A stretch of DNA of 64,000 nt from Sarea resinae (Eukaryota): NCBI GenBank assembly GCA_026026165.1, contig JAPEUD010000049.1:1-64000 (forward strand), given 5' to 3'. The notes below the pieces were generated by a model. It saw only the letters and a list, made by a program, of their open reading frames with translations. It was not told the origin of the DNA and ran no database searches. The stretch's first letter is position 1, and every line of letters begins with the position of its first letter. The translations under genes were made by a program, and so were the position numbers. Shown here in pieces: positions 1 to 10,908 of the stretch.

Positions 1-1397
1 GTGCATTTGTGGCCATTGGCCAGCGTGGTGTTCGCCGCGGCGCAAGTCTCCTGCGTCGCCGGCTACTCGTCGACGTCGAGATCAGCCGCAACGATGCCGC
101 CTACGAGTGGTTCCTCCACTGGATGTCGCAATATCAGCGAGCCCAACTCTCCAACACTGCCGTCCTAGCCTCTGAACGTGCCGCCGCCGCCGCAAACAAT
201 ACTACGCCTTCTGCTCCCCCGGGCGTCATCGCATCACTCATCCGCCGCTTCACCCCCGGCCTCCACCATCTCTCTATGAAAACACAGAATGTCACTCGTC
301 CCAATGGCTCCCTCCACACGCGCTTCTTCCTCATCCCGGGGCCCGGCAAACACGTCCTCCGCTACAAGAACACATTCCTCGCCGTCGACCGCGCGCGGGA
401 CACGAAGTCGTTCACGCTCGAGTCCGGTTCCCCCTGGGAAACCGTAACTCTCACCACCCTCTACCGCGACCGCCACATCTTTGAGGAGCTCTTCACCGAG
501 GCCCACCAGCTTGCCATGCAGCTTCAGGAGGGCAAGACGGTTATATATTCTGCTTGGGGCACAGAATGGAAACCCTTTGGCAACCCGCGCCCAAAGAGAC
601 CCCTCGGCTCCGTCATCCTCGACAAGGGCATCAAAGACCGCGTCGTCGCGGACGTCAAAGATTTCATGGGCTCTGCCCAGTGGTACTACGACCGCGGCAT
701 CCCATACCGCCGAGGCTACCTCCTACACGGGCCTCCCGGGACGGGCAAATCGTCCTTTATCCAGGCGCTCGCCGGGGAACTAGACTACAACATTGCGCTG
801 ATCAACCTCAGCGAGCGCGGACTCACCGACGACCGCCTGAACCATCTCCTCACCATCGTTCCGCCCAAGACGATCGTCCTCCTCGAAGACATCGACGCCG
901 CCTTCTCCAACCGCCGCGTCCAGTCCGACGAAGACGGCTACCGCGGCGCCAACGTCACCTTCTCCGGCCTGCTGAACGCGCTCGATGGCGTCGCCAGCGC
1001 ACAGGAACGCATTGCTTTCCTGACGACCAACCACGTGGAGCGATTGGACGAGGCGCTCGTCCGTCCGGGGCGCGTGGACATGACCGTGCGTCTCGGAGAA
1101 GCGACCCGCTACCAGGTGGAGATGCTCTGGGAGCGATTCTACGGCGCCGACGAAGATCCCGACGAGCGATATCGACGCGAGTTCCTCGCCAAGCTGGAGG
1201 AAATGGGCTTGATCGAAGACGAAGCCGGACGGTTCAGGGATGAGACGAGAAGAGCCCGGACCAGCACGGCAGCCTTGCAGGGCCTGTTCTTGTATAATAA
1301 GGGCAATATGCGTGGTGCCATTGAGATGGCCGAGGGACTGGTGCCGGGGAGATTACCGGGTCCTGTCGGGGGCGGGGATGAGAGCGTCAAGACTTGA
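1..1397 (+). CDS. BCS1: Mitochondrial AAA chaperone BCS1 (5' end outside the window)
   Basis: BCS1_N motifs (FFLIPGPGKH, PWETVTLTTL), GIPYRRGYLLHGPPGTGKSS Walker A, LLEDID Walker B, VTFSGLLNALDG and RPGRVD. The frame is open to the window start. Confidence 0.96.
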   Translation, partial: AFVAIGQRGVRRGASLLRRRLLVDVEISRNDAAYEWFLHWMSQYQRAQLSNTAVLASERAAAAANNTTPSAPPGVIASLIRRFTPGLHHLSMKTQNVTRPNGSLHTRFFLIPGPGKHVLRYKNTFLAVDRARDTKSFTLESGSPWETVTLTTLYRDRHIFEELFTEAHQLAMQLQEGKTVIYSAWGTEWKPFGNPRPKRPLGSVILDKGIKDRVVADVKDFMGSAQWYYDRGIPYRRGYLLHGPPGTGKSSFIQALAGELDYNIALINLSERGLTDDRLNHLLTIVPPKTIVLLEDIDAAFSNRRVQSDEDGYRGANVTFSGLLNALDGVASAQERIAFLTTNHVERLDEALVRPGRVDMTVRLGEATRYQVEMLWERFYGADEDPDERYRREFLAKLEEMGLIEDEAGRFRDETRRARTSTAALQGLFLYNKGNMRGAIEMAEGLVPGRLPGPVGGGDESVKT

Positions 1398-2110
1398 GGT
1401 GAGTTGAGAGGTGTGGCTTTGTATGATATTCGTGGCTCTGTTGTTGTTGTTGTTGTCGTCCTTGTATATACAGTGTACTATCTACGCATCTCCCCGCCGC
1501 CTTCTTCCAAAATCACGATCATAGAAGCTTTAAGCAAGCAAGGAAGCTGTACAATGCAAGTCACGCCCAACGCACAAACATACACCAGCATACCTCACTT
1601 CCTTGTCTCTATACGCACACACCCCTCAATGATTGTGCTTGAAGCCAATGCGATTCGGAGATGCTCAGTGCTGATAGGGAGCTGCATCCATCATTAACCC
1701 ATTCGTCGAGGCGCCGAGTACTTTTAATAAGGTCCCCCGTCTTTTTTGCCTACCAGGCAACCACGCAAGGATGAAACCCGACCACTGAGTCCCCCACGAT
1801 CGATGCTAGACATCGTGCGGGCTCTCCCTGCAGATGAAGAGGCGCGCTTTCACGCAGGCAAGGTGCAGTATGTCACGTCACGATCAGTTGGAAAAGAGAA
1901 GCTGTGCCGCATACAACATATTCGCTTCTGCACTGCATATCTGCCGCCAATGAGGTTGTGCGGTCGTTGATCTGAGGCAGTCGCCGTCACGTACAAGGCT
2001 TCCCCGCGAGGAGATGTCTATTTAAGTAGGCAAGTCTGCAAATACTCAGGTTGGAGATTCATCAAGTCGTCTACCCTCTCTGAGCTTATTGAATCTCCCA
2101 TCGAGCTTCA

Positions 2111-3333
2111 ATGTCTTCTACAGATGCGGGCACGGCTGAAGAGGCAGCAGATGGAGGGAGTCGTCATAGTCGCGCCTTAATGGCAGCCTATCTGTCGAAG
2201 AACTCGATTGAATTTTCCAGATTGTCAGAGCTAAGGCAAAAAGTCTGCACGTCCCAAGTCCCCCCGTGTCGCAGCCGTTATGCAAAACTGATCAACGACC
2301 TACGCTCCACCAGGAGTGGGCAAATCCCGCAGGAGACGATTACTTCAAACGACAACGCAACCGTGCCGATAGCGCCGATAGCGATGGCCAAATGCGGCTT
2401 TTTCAAATGATGCAGCGAATTGGGGATGAACTGCAAGAATGCACAGGGGCCCTGTCACTCGGAGACCATCTCGACTCCGGGGATCCAATCCAGATCTTGG
2501 ATCTCTGCATGGCTCCCGGAGGTTACACAGCCTGCGCTCTGAAGCACAATCCGTCTGCAACAGCATGCGGCATCACGCTTGCGCCGGAGCAAGGCGGTCA
2601 CAGAATGCTGCTCGATCCCGCCCTCGTCCAGACTCTCTATCTCGACATCACGCTGCTGGCGGCCGAATACGACATCATCGATCCCGTCCCCGGCCGCGCT
2701 CCCCATCACCACCCAGCGCAAGCGGAACTGCTCCCGCTCCGCCCCTTTCTCGAGCAGCAGTTCCAGCTCGTCTTCTGCGACGGCCAGGTCCTGCGCACCC
2801 ACGCCCGGGCCGCCCATCGCGCCCACCTCGAACCCACCCGTCTCACGCTCTCGCAGCTGATCCTGGCACTGCAGCGCGTGGCGCGCGGCGGCACGGTCGT
2901 GATGCTGCTGCATAAAGTGGAGGCGCCGCACACGGCCGCGCTGCTCGCTCGATTCGACGCCTTTGCGTCCGTGCAGCTCTTCAAGCCGAGGCGCGTCCAT
3001 GCCATTCGCTCGTCGTTTTACCTCGTCGCCAAGGACGTCCAGCCGCAGTGTCCCGCGGCTCGGGCGGCTGTGCTGGCGTGGAAGGAAGCGTGGGCGCGGG
3101 CTACGTTTGGGCCCGTGGGACTTGACGACGACGATGACGACGACGGCACGACGGCGGGACTCGACAACGACAACGACAACGACGGTAGGACGGCAGACGA
3201 CAGCATCCGGAACGCAGACGAGCGCCGCATCTTGGGCATGCTCGAGGCTTTCGGGCCGCGGCTCGTCGAGCTGGGTCGGCCTGTCTGGCGCACGCAGGCC
3301 ACGGCGCTGAGCAGGATGAAATTTGCCAAGTGA
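2111..3333 (+). CDS. FtsJ/RrmJ-like SAM-dependent methyltransferase domain protein, 2 exons (2111-2242, 2314-3333)
   Basis: ILDLCMAPGG SAM-binding motif, FCDG, LLHK and FKP...SSFYLVAK. A GT...CTGAT...CAG intron at 2243-2313 joins the two ORFs in frame (LRQK|EWANP). Confidence 0.85.
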
Positions 3334-4491
3334 CTGGCAATCCTACCATCCATGGACACGGCTCGCTTGCATGGGATTGGGCGGCGACTAGTATATTTTA
3401 TTTCAGCTATCTGATGTGGTGATGTGATGGCGTGGTGGTGGTGACCGGCCGGCCGTACTGCAATTGACTTGACGCAGCATTACTATATACAGTCCACCTC
3501 CCCCTCAAACCCATCAGCCAGCCCATCACCCACCCACCCACCGAGCCTCCCTCTCGCAAGAATATCCAAACAACCCAGGACGCCCCGAGAGATATCCTCT
3601 GCCCCATCTTTCCTTCCATTTCCCCTTCACCGCAAGGAAAAAGGGGGGGGTTTGATCGAATCGAGTGTTGAAAGCTAGGTAAACTTCCTGGGTCGAAAGA
3701 TAAGTCGAGAGGGTCTGGAGGGTGCTGGTCCTATGTGTACGTAGGGAGGGAGGGGTGTGTGTGTGTCCACATGGCTGTTTGTCTGTCTGCTGATAGGTAG
3801 ATGAGGGACAGGCGTAGAGGGTTACCCATATATAACGATATTGATCATTGTCTGCGATGGCACGGTGGCTGGCGGATGGCGGATTAGTTGTTGTTGTTGT
3901 AGTTGTAGTTGTAATTGTAGTTGTAATTGTAGTGGGAAATGCGAGTGCGTGAGATGGTGTGGCGTGTCTCTGTGCCATCGTCAAGAATGAGCATCGACAT
4001 CTTTCGACGAGTCAGGTTAGAGGGGACGATAGACGGCATATACTGTACCTCTAGAGGTGGTTCAATATGGTGGTGTTGCTGTACAGGTCGGCGTCACAAT
4101 CATTTGGGTATCGGCGAGTTGTAGAGTGGACAGGTAGGTAGGTAGGTAGGTATGTGGTAGACAAAGAGACAGATAGGCAAGGGTTAGACATAGGCAAGTG
4201 GAATACGGAGGAAATGATGTAATATTCCTGACGGGACTAGATACAGGAAAACCTCCATCGCATCGCATCGCATCCCATTCTGAATCAATGCTACGGTGCC
4301 ACACCCGTCCCTCAAGAACTACTCATCCGCAACCGTCGCCATCCATGATCATCAGAAGTCAGAATCTAGCTAGCCAGCTCAGAGACAGCAGAGCAAGAAT
4401 AAACTGATCAGGCCGAGTTCATTTGAATAGCGAAGCACAAAGAGAACGAACAAGGCGGGGCAAGGCGTGGCAAGGCACGATGGAAGTGAGA

Positions 4492-4998
4492 TCACTGTCG
4501 TCCGCTGGATGTGCCATCCTCGGGACCGGGGAGGCCTTCTTCGTCGCCGGGCTCGCCGTAGCCGCCGGTGCGGGGCTTGGCGCCGCGGGTCTTGCTGCCG
4601 ATGATGTTGGAGCTGTCGATGGCGTCGGCGTCATCTGCTTCTGTGGGGTTGTTAGCGGGGGTGGATCAAGGGAGTCGTAAGTCAAAGTAGATCAGAAGAT
4701 CCGAGAGGAGAGAATTGGTAGGCGACAATTATATGACGAAGAAGAAAGAAGCCTCAATGACTGCAATGGAGGGATTGAGGAGTAAGATATGAATGCACTT
4801 ACGCAACTGCTCGTCCGAGTTCGAGAACTTGGGCTGATACGGGTCATCGAGGGGAGCATCGTCCTTTTGCACGGGGATGTGCGATTGGCCGGTGCGGCTG
4901 GCGTAGGAGTCGTCCTGCACGCTGCCAGAGGGCACGTCGCCGCCTGTGGCGTCGTTCTGCTCCTCGTAGGCGTCTTCGGCTTGGCGTTGGGAGGACAT
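4492..4998 (-). CDS. Small acidic hydrophilic conserved fungal protein, 114 aa (CHZ/histone-chaperone-like region suspected); exons 4998-4803 and 4640-4492
   Basis: A GTAAGT donor and CTAAC...CAG acceptor give ...SDEQLQADDADAIDSSNIIGSKTRGAKPRTGGYGEPGDEEGLP...*. The IDxSNII..RTRG-like motif resembles CHZ-domain proteins (recall). Confidence 0.75.
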
Positions 4999-6204
4999 GA
5001 TTGCTGTGAGTTTGGTAGGGGGTTTGAACGGAAGATAGTGTTTAATGGAGAATTCTGGAAGCTGGAGCAGTGGGAGAATCTGAAGGGTTGGGTGGATGGA
5101 TGGAGAGTGTCGAATGGTGGGATAAGAGAGCTTCTTGTAGACCGCCCGAGAGAGCTGGAGCGAGAGTCGATGAGCGTACCTACGAGTCCAAAGCTGCCGT
5201 CACTCGGCCTCAGAGAATCAATATTAACCGTCAGCATCATCGAGACGAGCGCAGCACCTCCACCCGCCCCATCACCTCATCACCGCATCACCTCATCACC
5301 TCATCACGGCCGTCATCGACACCAACATCAACATCGTCATCATCTCGCACATCATTCCACTCTTCGTTCCGTTTCATTCGCAATAGGTACAGAAGGTCGA
5401 TAGGAGAAAGGCTTCCTAGCACGACGGACAAAGCGAATATCGCGGTGTTGATGTCACGTCCAGACGTCCTAGCGCGCGCCAGCCGTTCGCACGAAACCGC
5501 GTTAGGAATGAGCGCATCTAGGCGGGCGCGGGTAGGATCTCAGATCGCTTTCGCTTCGGCGATAGTCAAGATATGGATCACCAGGGCTAACCATCTGCAT
5601 CTTGGCTCTCCACGCGTAGTCAACACGTTGAACCTTGATGAACGATTAGGTAGTAGGCCAAGGAAGGGAGTCGATCTTCAAGGAGAGTGGAGGTGATAGT
5701 TCACGGTAGCACGAAAGTGTAAGCCACACCACTGCACTCTAAGGAATGAGATTGCGGGAACCGAAGGTTTGCGAGCGAAATGGAAGAAACTAGAGGGGTC
5801 CGAGATCGTGCGTCAAGGCGCACACAATGGAAAACGGAAAACGTGGAATGGCGCAACGCTAGGGCTTGGATGTGGGGAGATGGGTCATATTACCGAGATA
5901 CGTTCATCCATCGTTGCAGCGCGGCCGTCCCCTGACATCAGCATGGATTGATGGTCCCACAGCAGAGGAGATGGGTCCGGTCCATAAGTAATGCTTCATC
6001 ATCGCTATGGAAGGCGGCTGCCCGAGGACTGGTCAGCATCGTCAGAGATGCTGCTACGACACAATGGCAGAAGCAGAGTACATATCGTTCATCCATCTGC
6101 AATCGATTCCCATTGTCAAATGTGTGACAGGTCTATTCGCGGTAGTATTGCTAATCTATACAGACGCTCGCCATGTAGCTCCCAGCCGGTACTGCACCGA
6201 CCCG

Positions 6205-7672
6205 CTATGCCGTGTCATCTCCCTTGCCCGAAAATTCCCTACTCTCGCCAATATCACAGACATCAAATACGCCCTCCTGCGCAATCCCCTTTTTCCGCAA
6301 GGCATCCTTTAACAGCCGCGGCGGCTCAAGCACATCCTCCTCCGTCAAGACCCACGTACCCCAGTGTATTCCCATTGCGCGTCCACACCTCGTATCTGCA
6401 AAGATATTCACGGCATCCATGGGATTAGCATGCATCGGCGACATGATCCAACGCGGGTCATAAGCACCGATAGGGATGAGACCGAGATCGAAGGGGCCAC
6501 GAAGGGCGCCGATTTGGGCAAACGCGGGGCAGACAGGATAATTGTGCTCGGAGCCGTAGTCGTCTGTTCCGGCGGGCAGTTCGGGCACGGCGCGGTAACC
6601 GGTGTCGCCGCCAAAGTAGACGGATTTGTCGCCAGAAGTGACTGACCACGAGGCCCAGAGAGTGTGACCTCTATCGAAGGGCGTGCGGGCGCTGATATGT
6701 TGGCAGGGAAGGCAATTGATTGTTGCTGTGATAGCATCAGGCAAGGACGTAGGTGTAGATCCACGGGCCTTGGTGCCTGATGGCTCCTTTACGGTTGTTT
6801 GCGGAGTAGTTTCGTCTTTTCCCTTGGAAGGTGTCGAAGAGAGTTGAACATCCCTGGATTCCCACCAGTCTAGCTCCGTGACGTTGTGGATGCCACAGTC
6901 AACGAACCATTTCTTGTTCCCTAAAGGCACGAAGAATTGAGCATTCGGATGTGACTCTTTGATTTTCGTGACCGTCGGATGCGAAAGGTGATCGTAATGA
7001 TTGTGGGAGATGACGACGACATCAATAGAGGGGATGTCTTCGATTTGACATGGAATGTCTGTGTATCTCTTCGGGCCCAGGAACGAGAATGGTGAACATC
7101 TCGGAGTAAACACAGGATCGAAGAGGACGCGAAGCCCGCCGGGAAACTCGACGAAGTAGCATGCATGGCCGAGCCAAGTTGCGCGAAGAGTAGGTGTCTG
7201 GCGAGATGGAAGAAAGGTAGGCTTGCGGACTGGGACGGTTGGAGGTGTCGTGTCTGGCGATTTAAGCTGACCTGTCAGTTTTCGCCTTTGATTTGTTAGC
7301 ATTGCAATTTCTTTGCTATAGTCGACGGTACATGCCATAATAATGCCGTGCCGATCTTCCAGGGCTGCAGTTCCTGCCAGCTGTCCCACTGTACGCGTCA
7401 ACCTATGTCGAAGACAATGATGCACGTCAAACTCCAATTACCGGATTTGTGAAGCCCTTTCCGCCCTTTAGATGATGAGCCTTCGTGGCCGCATCTTCAG
7501 GGACTGCTCCAGTGAGAGCTGGCGCAGAGATAGTGGCAGAATAAGCCACAGCCGCAGTGAGGGATGAAGTTGACATTTTGCTCGAAGACTGGACCGGAAA
7601 GGTGGGGTATCTCCTATGCTGCCGCGCGCGGCCTAAGCTGTGGTTTCGGAGACAGTGGCAGAGAGAGCGCAT
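6205..7672 (-). CDS. NAPE-hydrolysing phospholipase D-like metallo-beta-lactamase (FMP30-like); introns 7389-7441 and 7286-7335
   Basis: TWLGHA, FDPVF, SHNHYDH (HxHxDH), ELDWW, YFGGDTGY, IPIGAY and IHWGTW motifs. The start is either ATG 7672 or ATG 7576. Confidence 0.92.
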
Positions 7673-8602
7673 AGGAAAAGCCTTGGGCGGAATGAGACGG
7701 GCTTTTGAAGAGAATCGGTCACAAAAGATGGTGACGCGTCAGATGACAAGGAAAGCGATTATTGTGACAAAAGAGAGGATGCCTAAGTCGTGGCGGTGAT
7801 ATGAGCGACTGCTGTCAGCAATTAGGTCTTGAATTTGTATTGTCTGTCGACTTTGTTGTTACCTCATCATGTTGATCTGCCAAGACGGGCAAACGGTACG
7901 TCTTCAAAGCCGGCTCCGGAGTAGTACGCTGTAGTATGTACTGAAGTACAAGCTAGAATCAGCATTGAGCAAGCTTACCTACCAATCTGCTTTCTTCTCC
8001 CGTGAGTCCTCATTTCTGGAACGCTTTTGTCGCAACCTTGAGTCTAAAGTCTCATTCGAAATAGGGGGAAAAGGTACTGAAGTGCTCCAGAACATCTCAT
8101 CCGCGGTGCTGGTTCTCAGGGATCAGAATTGGGAACCTCAATTGGAAAGGCACAACAATGTCCGCTATGGATTACCCTAATTACTGCCGTTGCAATGACT
8201 ACTTCGTAATCTATTATTGTATCTAGCTATCTTGGCTTTTTTATACGAGTGAGACATTGGCCATGAATTTGCAAAGCCGAGGAGCATCTCCACTGTACGC
8301 CGCATGGTCGGGAGATGCCGTTGAAGGAAAAGGAAAGTTGGGGAAAGGCCGAGGCTGGAATGAAACAGACGCCGGAGCTAGGAAAGACGGATCATCGCAA
8401 GCGGAGGAATTGCGTGATAGATGGAAATATGTGGACTTTAAAAGCTCAGAAGTGTAATTATCAAAGACGAGTCCGTACAACACTGGAGTACAAAGACCAT
8501 TCGCGACTGCCGGGACAGACAAGTTCGCTCGCTGATGTTCTTGCGCTTGTACTATTACCAGTCAGGGTGTCGTTCAATTAGTTGGTCGCATCATCGCACT
8601 AC

Positions 8603-10214
8603 CTATTCAGTATTCCCAGCCTTGCCCCTTGTTTTCTTGGCCTTTGCTTCACCCTTAGTCGCGGCAGGAGCAGCAGCCTTCTTTCTCCCGCGCTGGGGCT
8701 TTACCGGCTCTTCGAAATCCTCTTCTCCAGACTCCTGGTCGGGTTGCGTGGCGGCGGAGGCATCAACCGTGGCAGCATCCGGTCCAGCCTCAATATCGCT
8801 GTCATCCTTAACGGCTTCCTTCACGGCGCTTTTCCGCTTTCTACCAGCAGCCTTAGCCTTTTTGGCCGCGAGTTGTGTTTCTTCATCAGAGTCAGCCGAT
8901 TCGTCAGCCTTTTTGCCTCTCTTAGCCTTGGTATTGGCCTTCTTGGGCGCAGGCTGTTCAACTGCGTCCTCTGCTGCAGCTTTGGCAGGCCTGCCGCGCT
9001 TCTTTGGTGCGGGCTTCTCCTCGGCAGCTTCAAGAGCCTCTTCCTTTACGGCCTTCTTCGGACGACCACGCTGAGCTGGGACACTGTCCTCAACAGTTTC
9101 TTCCTTGGCTGCTTTTTTGGGTCTTCCACGCTGTTTTGGAGCACCTTGCTCGTCCTCTTTGACCGTCTCCTTCTTAGGCCGACCCCGCTTCGGTGCTGCT
9201 TTGGACTTCTTGGGGGAGCTGCTCTCCTGCGAAAAGATTTAGTATATACGACGTAACATGAAGCTTAGGTCGGTCGAAATAGAATGAATGACAAGCAGAG
9301 AAGAAAGTATAGGCAGGCGTCATGGCAAGTCGGCCGAGGGACCTAACAGGACAACGACGCCGAACAAATCAAAGCAGACAATGTGTTGGAAAACTCAATA
9401 TTGGAGTGATGAAGACATTATCAGAACGAGAGCCATAACCTTTTAAGGTACTTACTTCATCATCCTCGTCTGAATCGTCAGGGTCAAAATCTTTAGTCTT
9501 TTTAGTCTTTTTCGCCTTGACACGGAAACTCGTGGCACCGGGACGATTCATCTCAACATCCTATCGATGATGAGCAAAGCGTGCCGAAACATCGAACGCC
9601 TACTTACTCCACGCCAATCCGCGTCATCCACATGACCTTGTTCGACAGCACGAGCAACCTTCTCCTGCAATTCAGAAGGAATCTCGTCGTAGCCATCGAT
9701 CATGTCTAGGTCGCCATCGATATAATCAATGAGTTTTGCAATCTGCACCGGTGTAACGCAGCCCCTGCAAAGGTTAGCGTCTCTAATACTCTGAACGGGA
9801 AGGCCGATGAGAACTCTCACCAATGCTTCCAGGACCAACTGCCATGTTCTCCGATATCGACCCAACTACCATAGCGAAGTTCGCCCTTCGGGATTTTTTC
9901 TTTTGCATCCAGGCATTCCCTGTTTTTACATCCCGCACGATTGCTTGAAGCGAGCTCTGAAATAAATGAGCAACATACGATAGTGAGTGAATGCGAGCAG
10001 AAGGGCCAGGCATGAAGTGCAGGGAACTGGCCGTCAAAGAGAGGGAATCAGGTCTTAAAACCGAACGCCATCTAGACCTTGAAGAGCCCCCGTAAAGTAC
10101 ATGATAAAAAATCAGGAAACCAACAGAAGGGGGTCAATGGTAGATCTGAACATGATGTAGATGAAGTAAGGAATGAGGAAGCAGATACTCACCGACACGA
10201 TAGCCCGTCGGCAT
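8603..10214 (-). CDS. PARP-type zinc finger (zf-PARP) protein with a K/E/A-rich disordered tail, 5 exons
   Basis: Spliced N-terminus MPTGYRVELASSNRAGCKNRECLDAKEKIPKGELRYG...WKHWGC matches the zf-PARP pattern, followed by IDGYDEIPSELQEKV...GHVDDADWRG. Confidence 0.88.
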
Positions 10215-10908
10215 GATTGCTTGCTATCAAGTCAAGCTAAGCCTGACTACATAAATGTCAGTTTCGGGGTTGTGGTGACAGAGACAAAGTGGATTGCAGC
10301 TCCAAAGGTTGAAATCACCAGGAAACAGATAGTAAACACAGCAATCATAATACAATTGCAGCGGACTGCCTTGCGAAGATGCAAAACTCACCCGCGTGAC
10401 TGAGGGATTCCTAGAGGTGATCCAATGACGAGAATCGATGAAAGGGTCCGTACTGGCAATAGGAAGAGGTGTACGATGCGGAACCTATGTCGGGTATCGT
10501 GATATCAGAAGTTCCAAGCCGGTGAGGTGAGCGACTGGAGGTGAAGTGAGAGATGGATCCAGCTGTCGACGTCTGTCGTGGTACGTACCTGGTCCTCCTA
10601 ATCCTCTACGGTTGACGAACGGCGTCAAGGAGGACGAAGTACGGAGTACGGAGTACGCAGTACTCATATTCATCCATACTCGTACTCATATCCATACATC
10701 ATCGACATTTTTTTGTCAAACGGCGAAAACAACCAACCCGCGCCCCTCTGTCGATTTTCAATCCACGATGCTGCAACGATCTATCGCTTTCTTTGAGCCG
10801 AACAAGAATCTCTCCGTCAATACTCTTCGACTATAATATCATGTATATCTATTCGGGAACTGCTCACATGAAGCTCCTTCTCAACTCGAGAGCCTCGGGT
10901 CGATAGCC

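Noticed and set aside
4692..5696. ORFs of 180-208 aa overlapping and upstream of the small acidic gene
   Set aside because: They are antisense or low-complexity frames, and the spliced minus-strand gene explains the coding signal.
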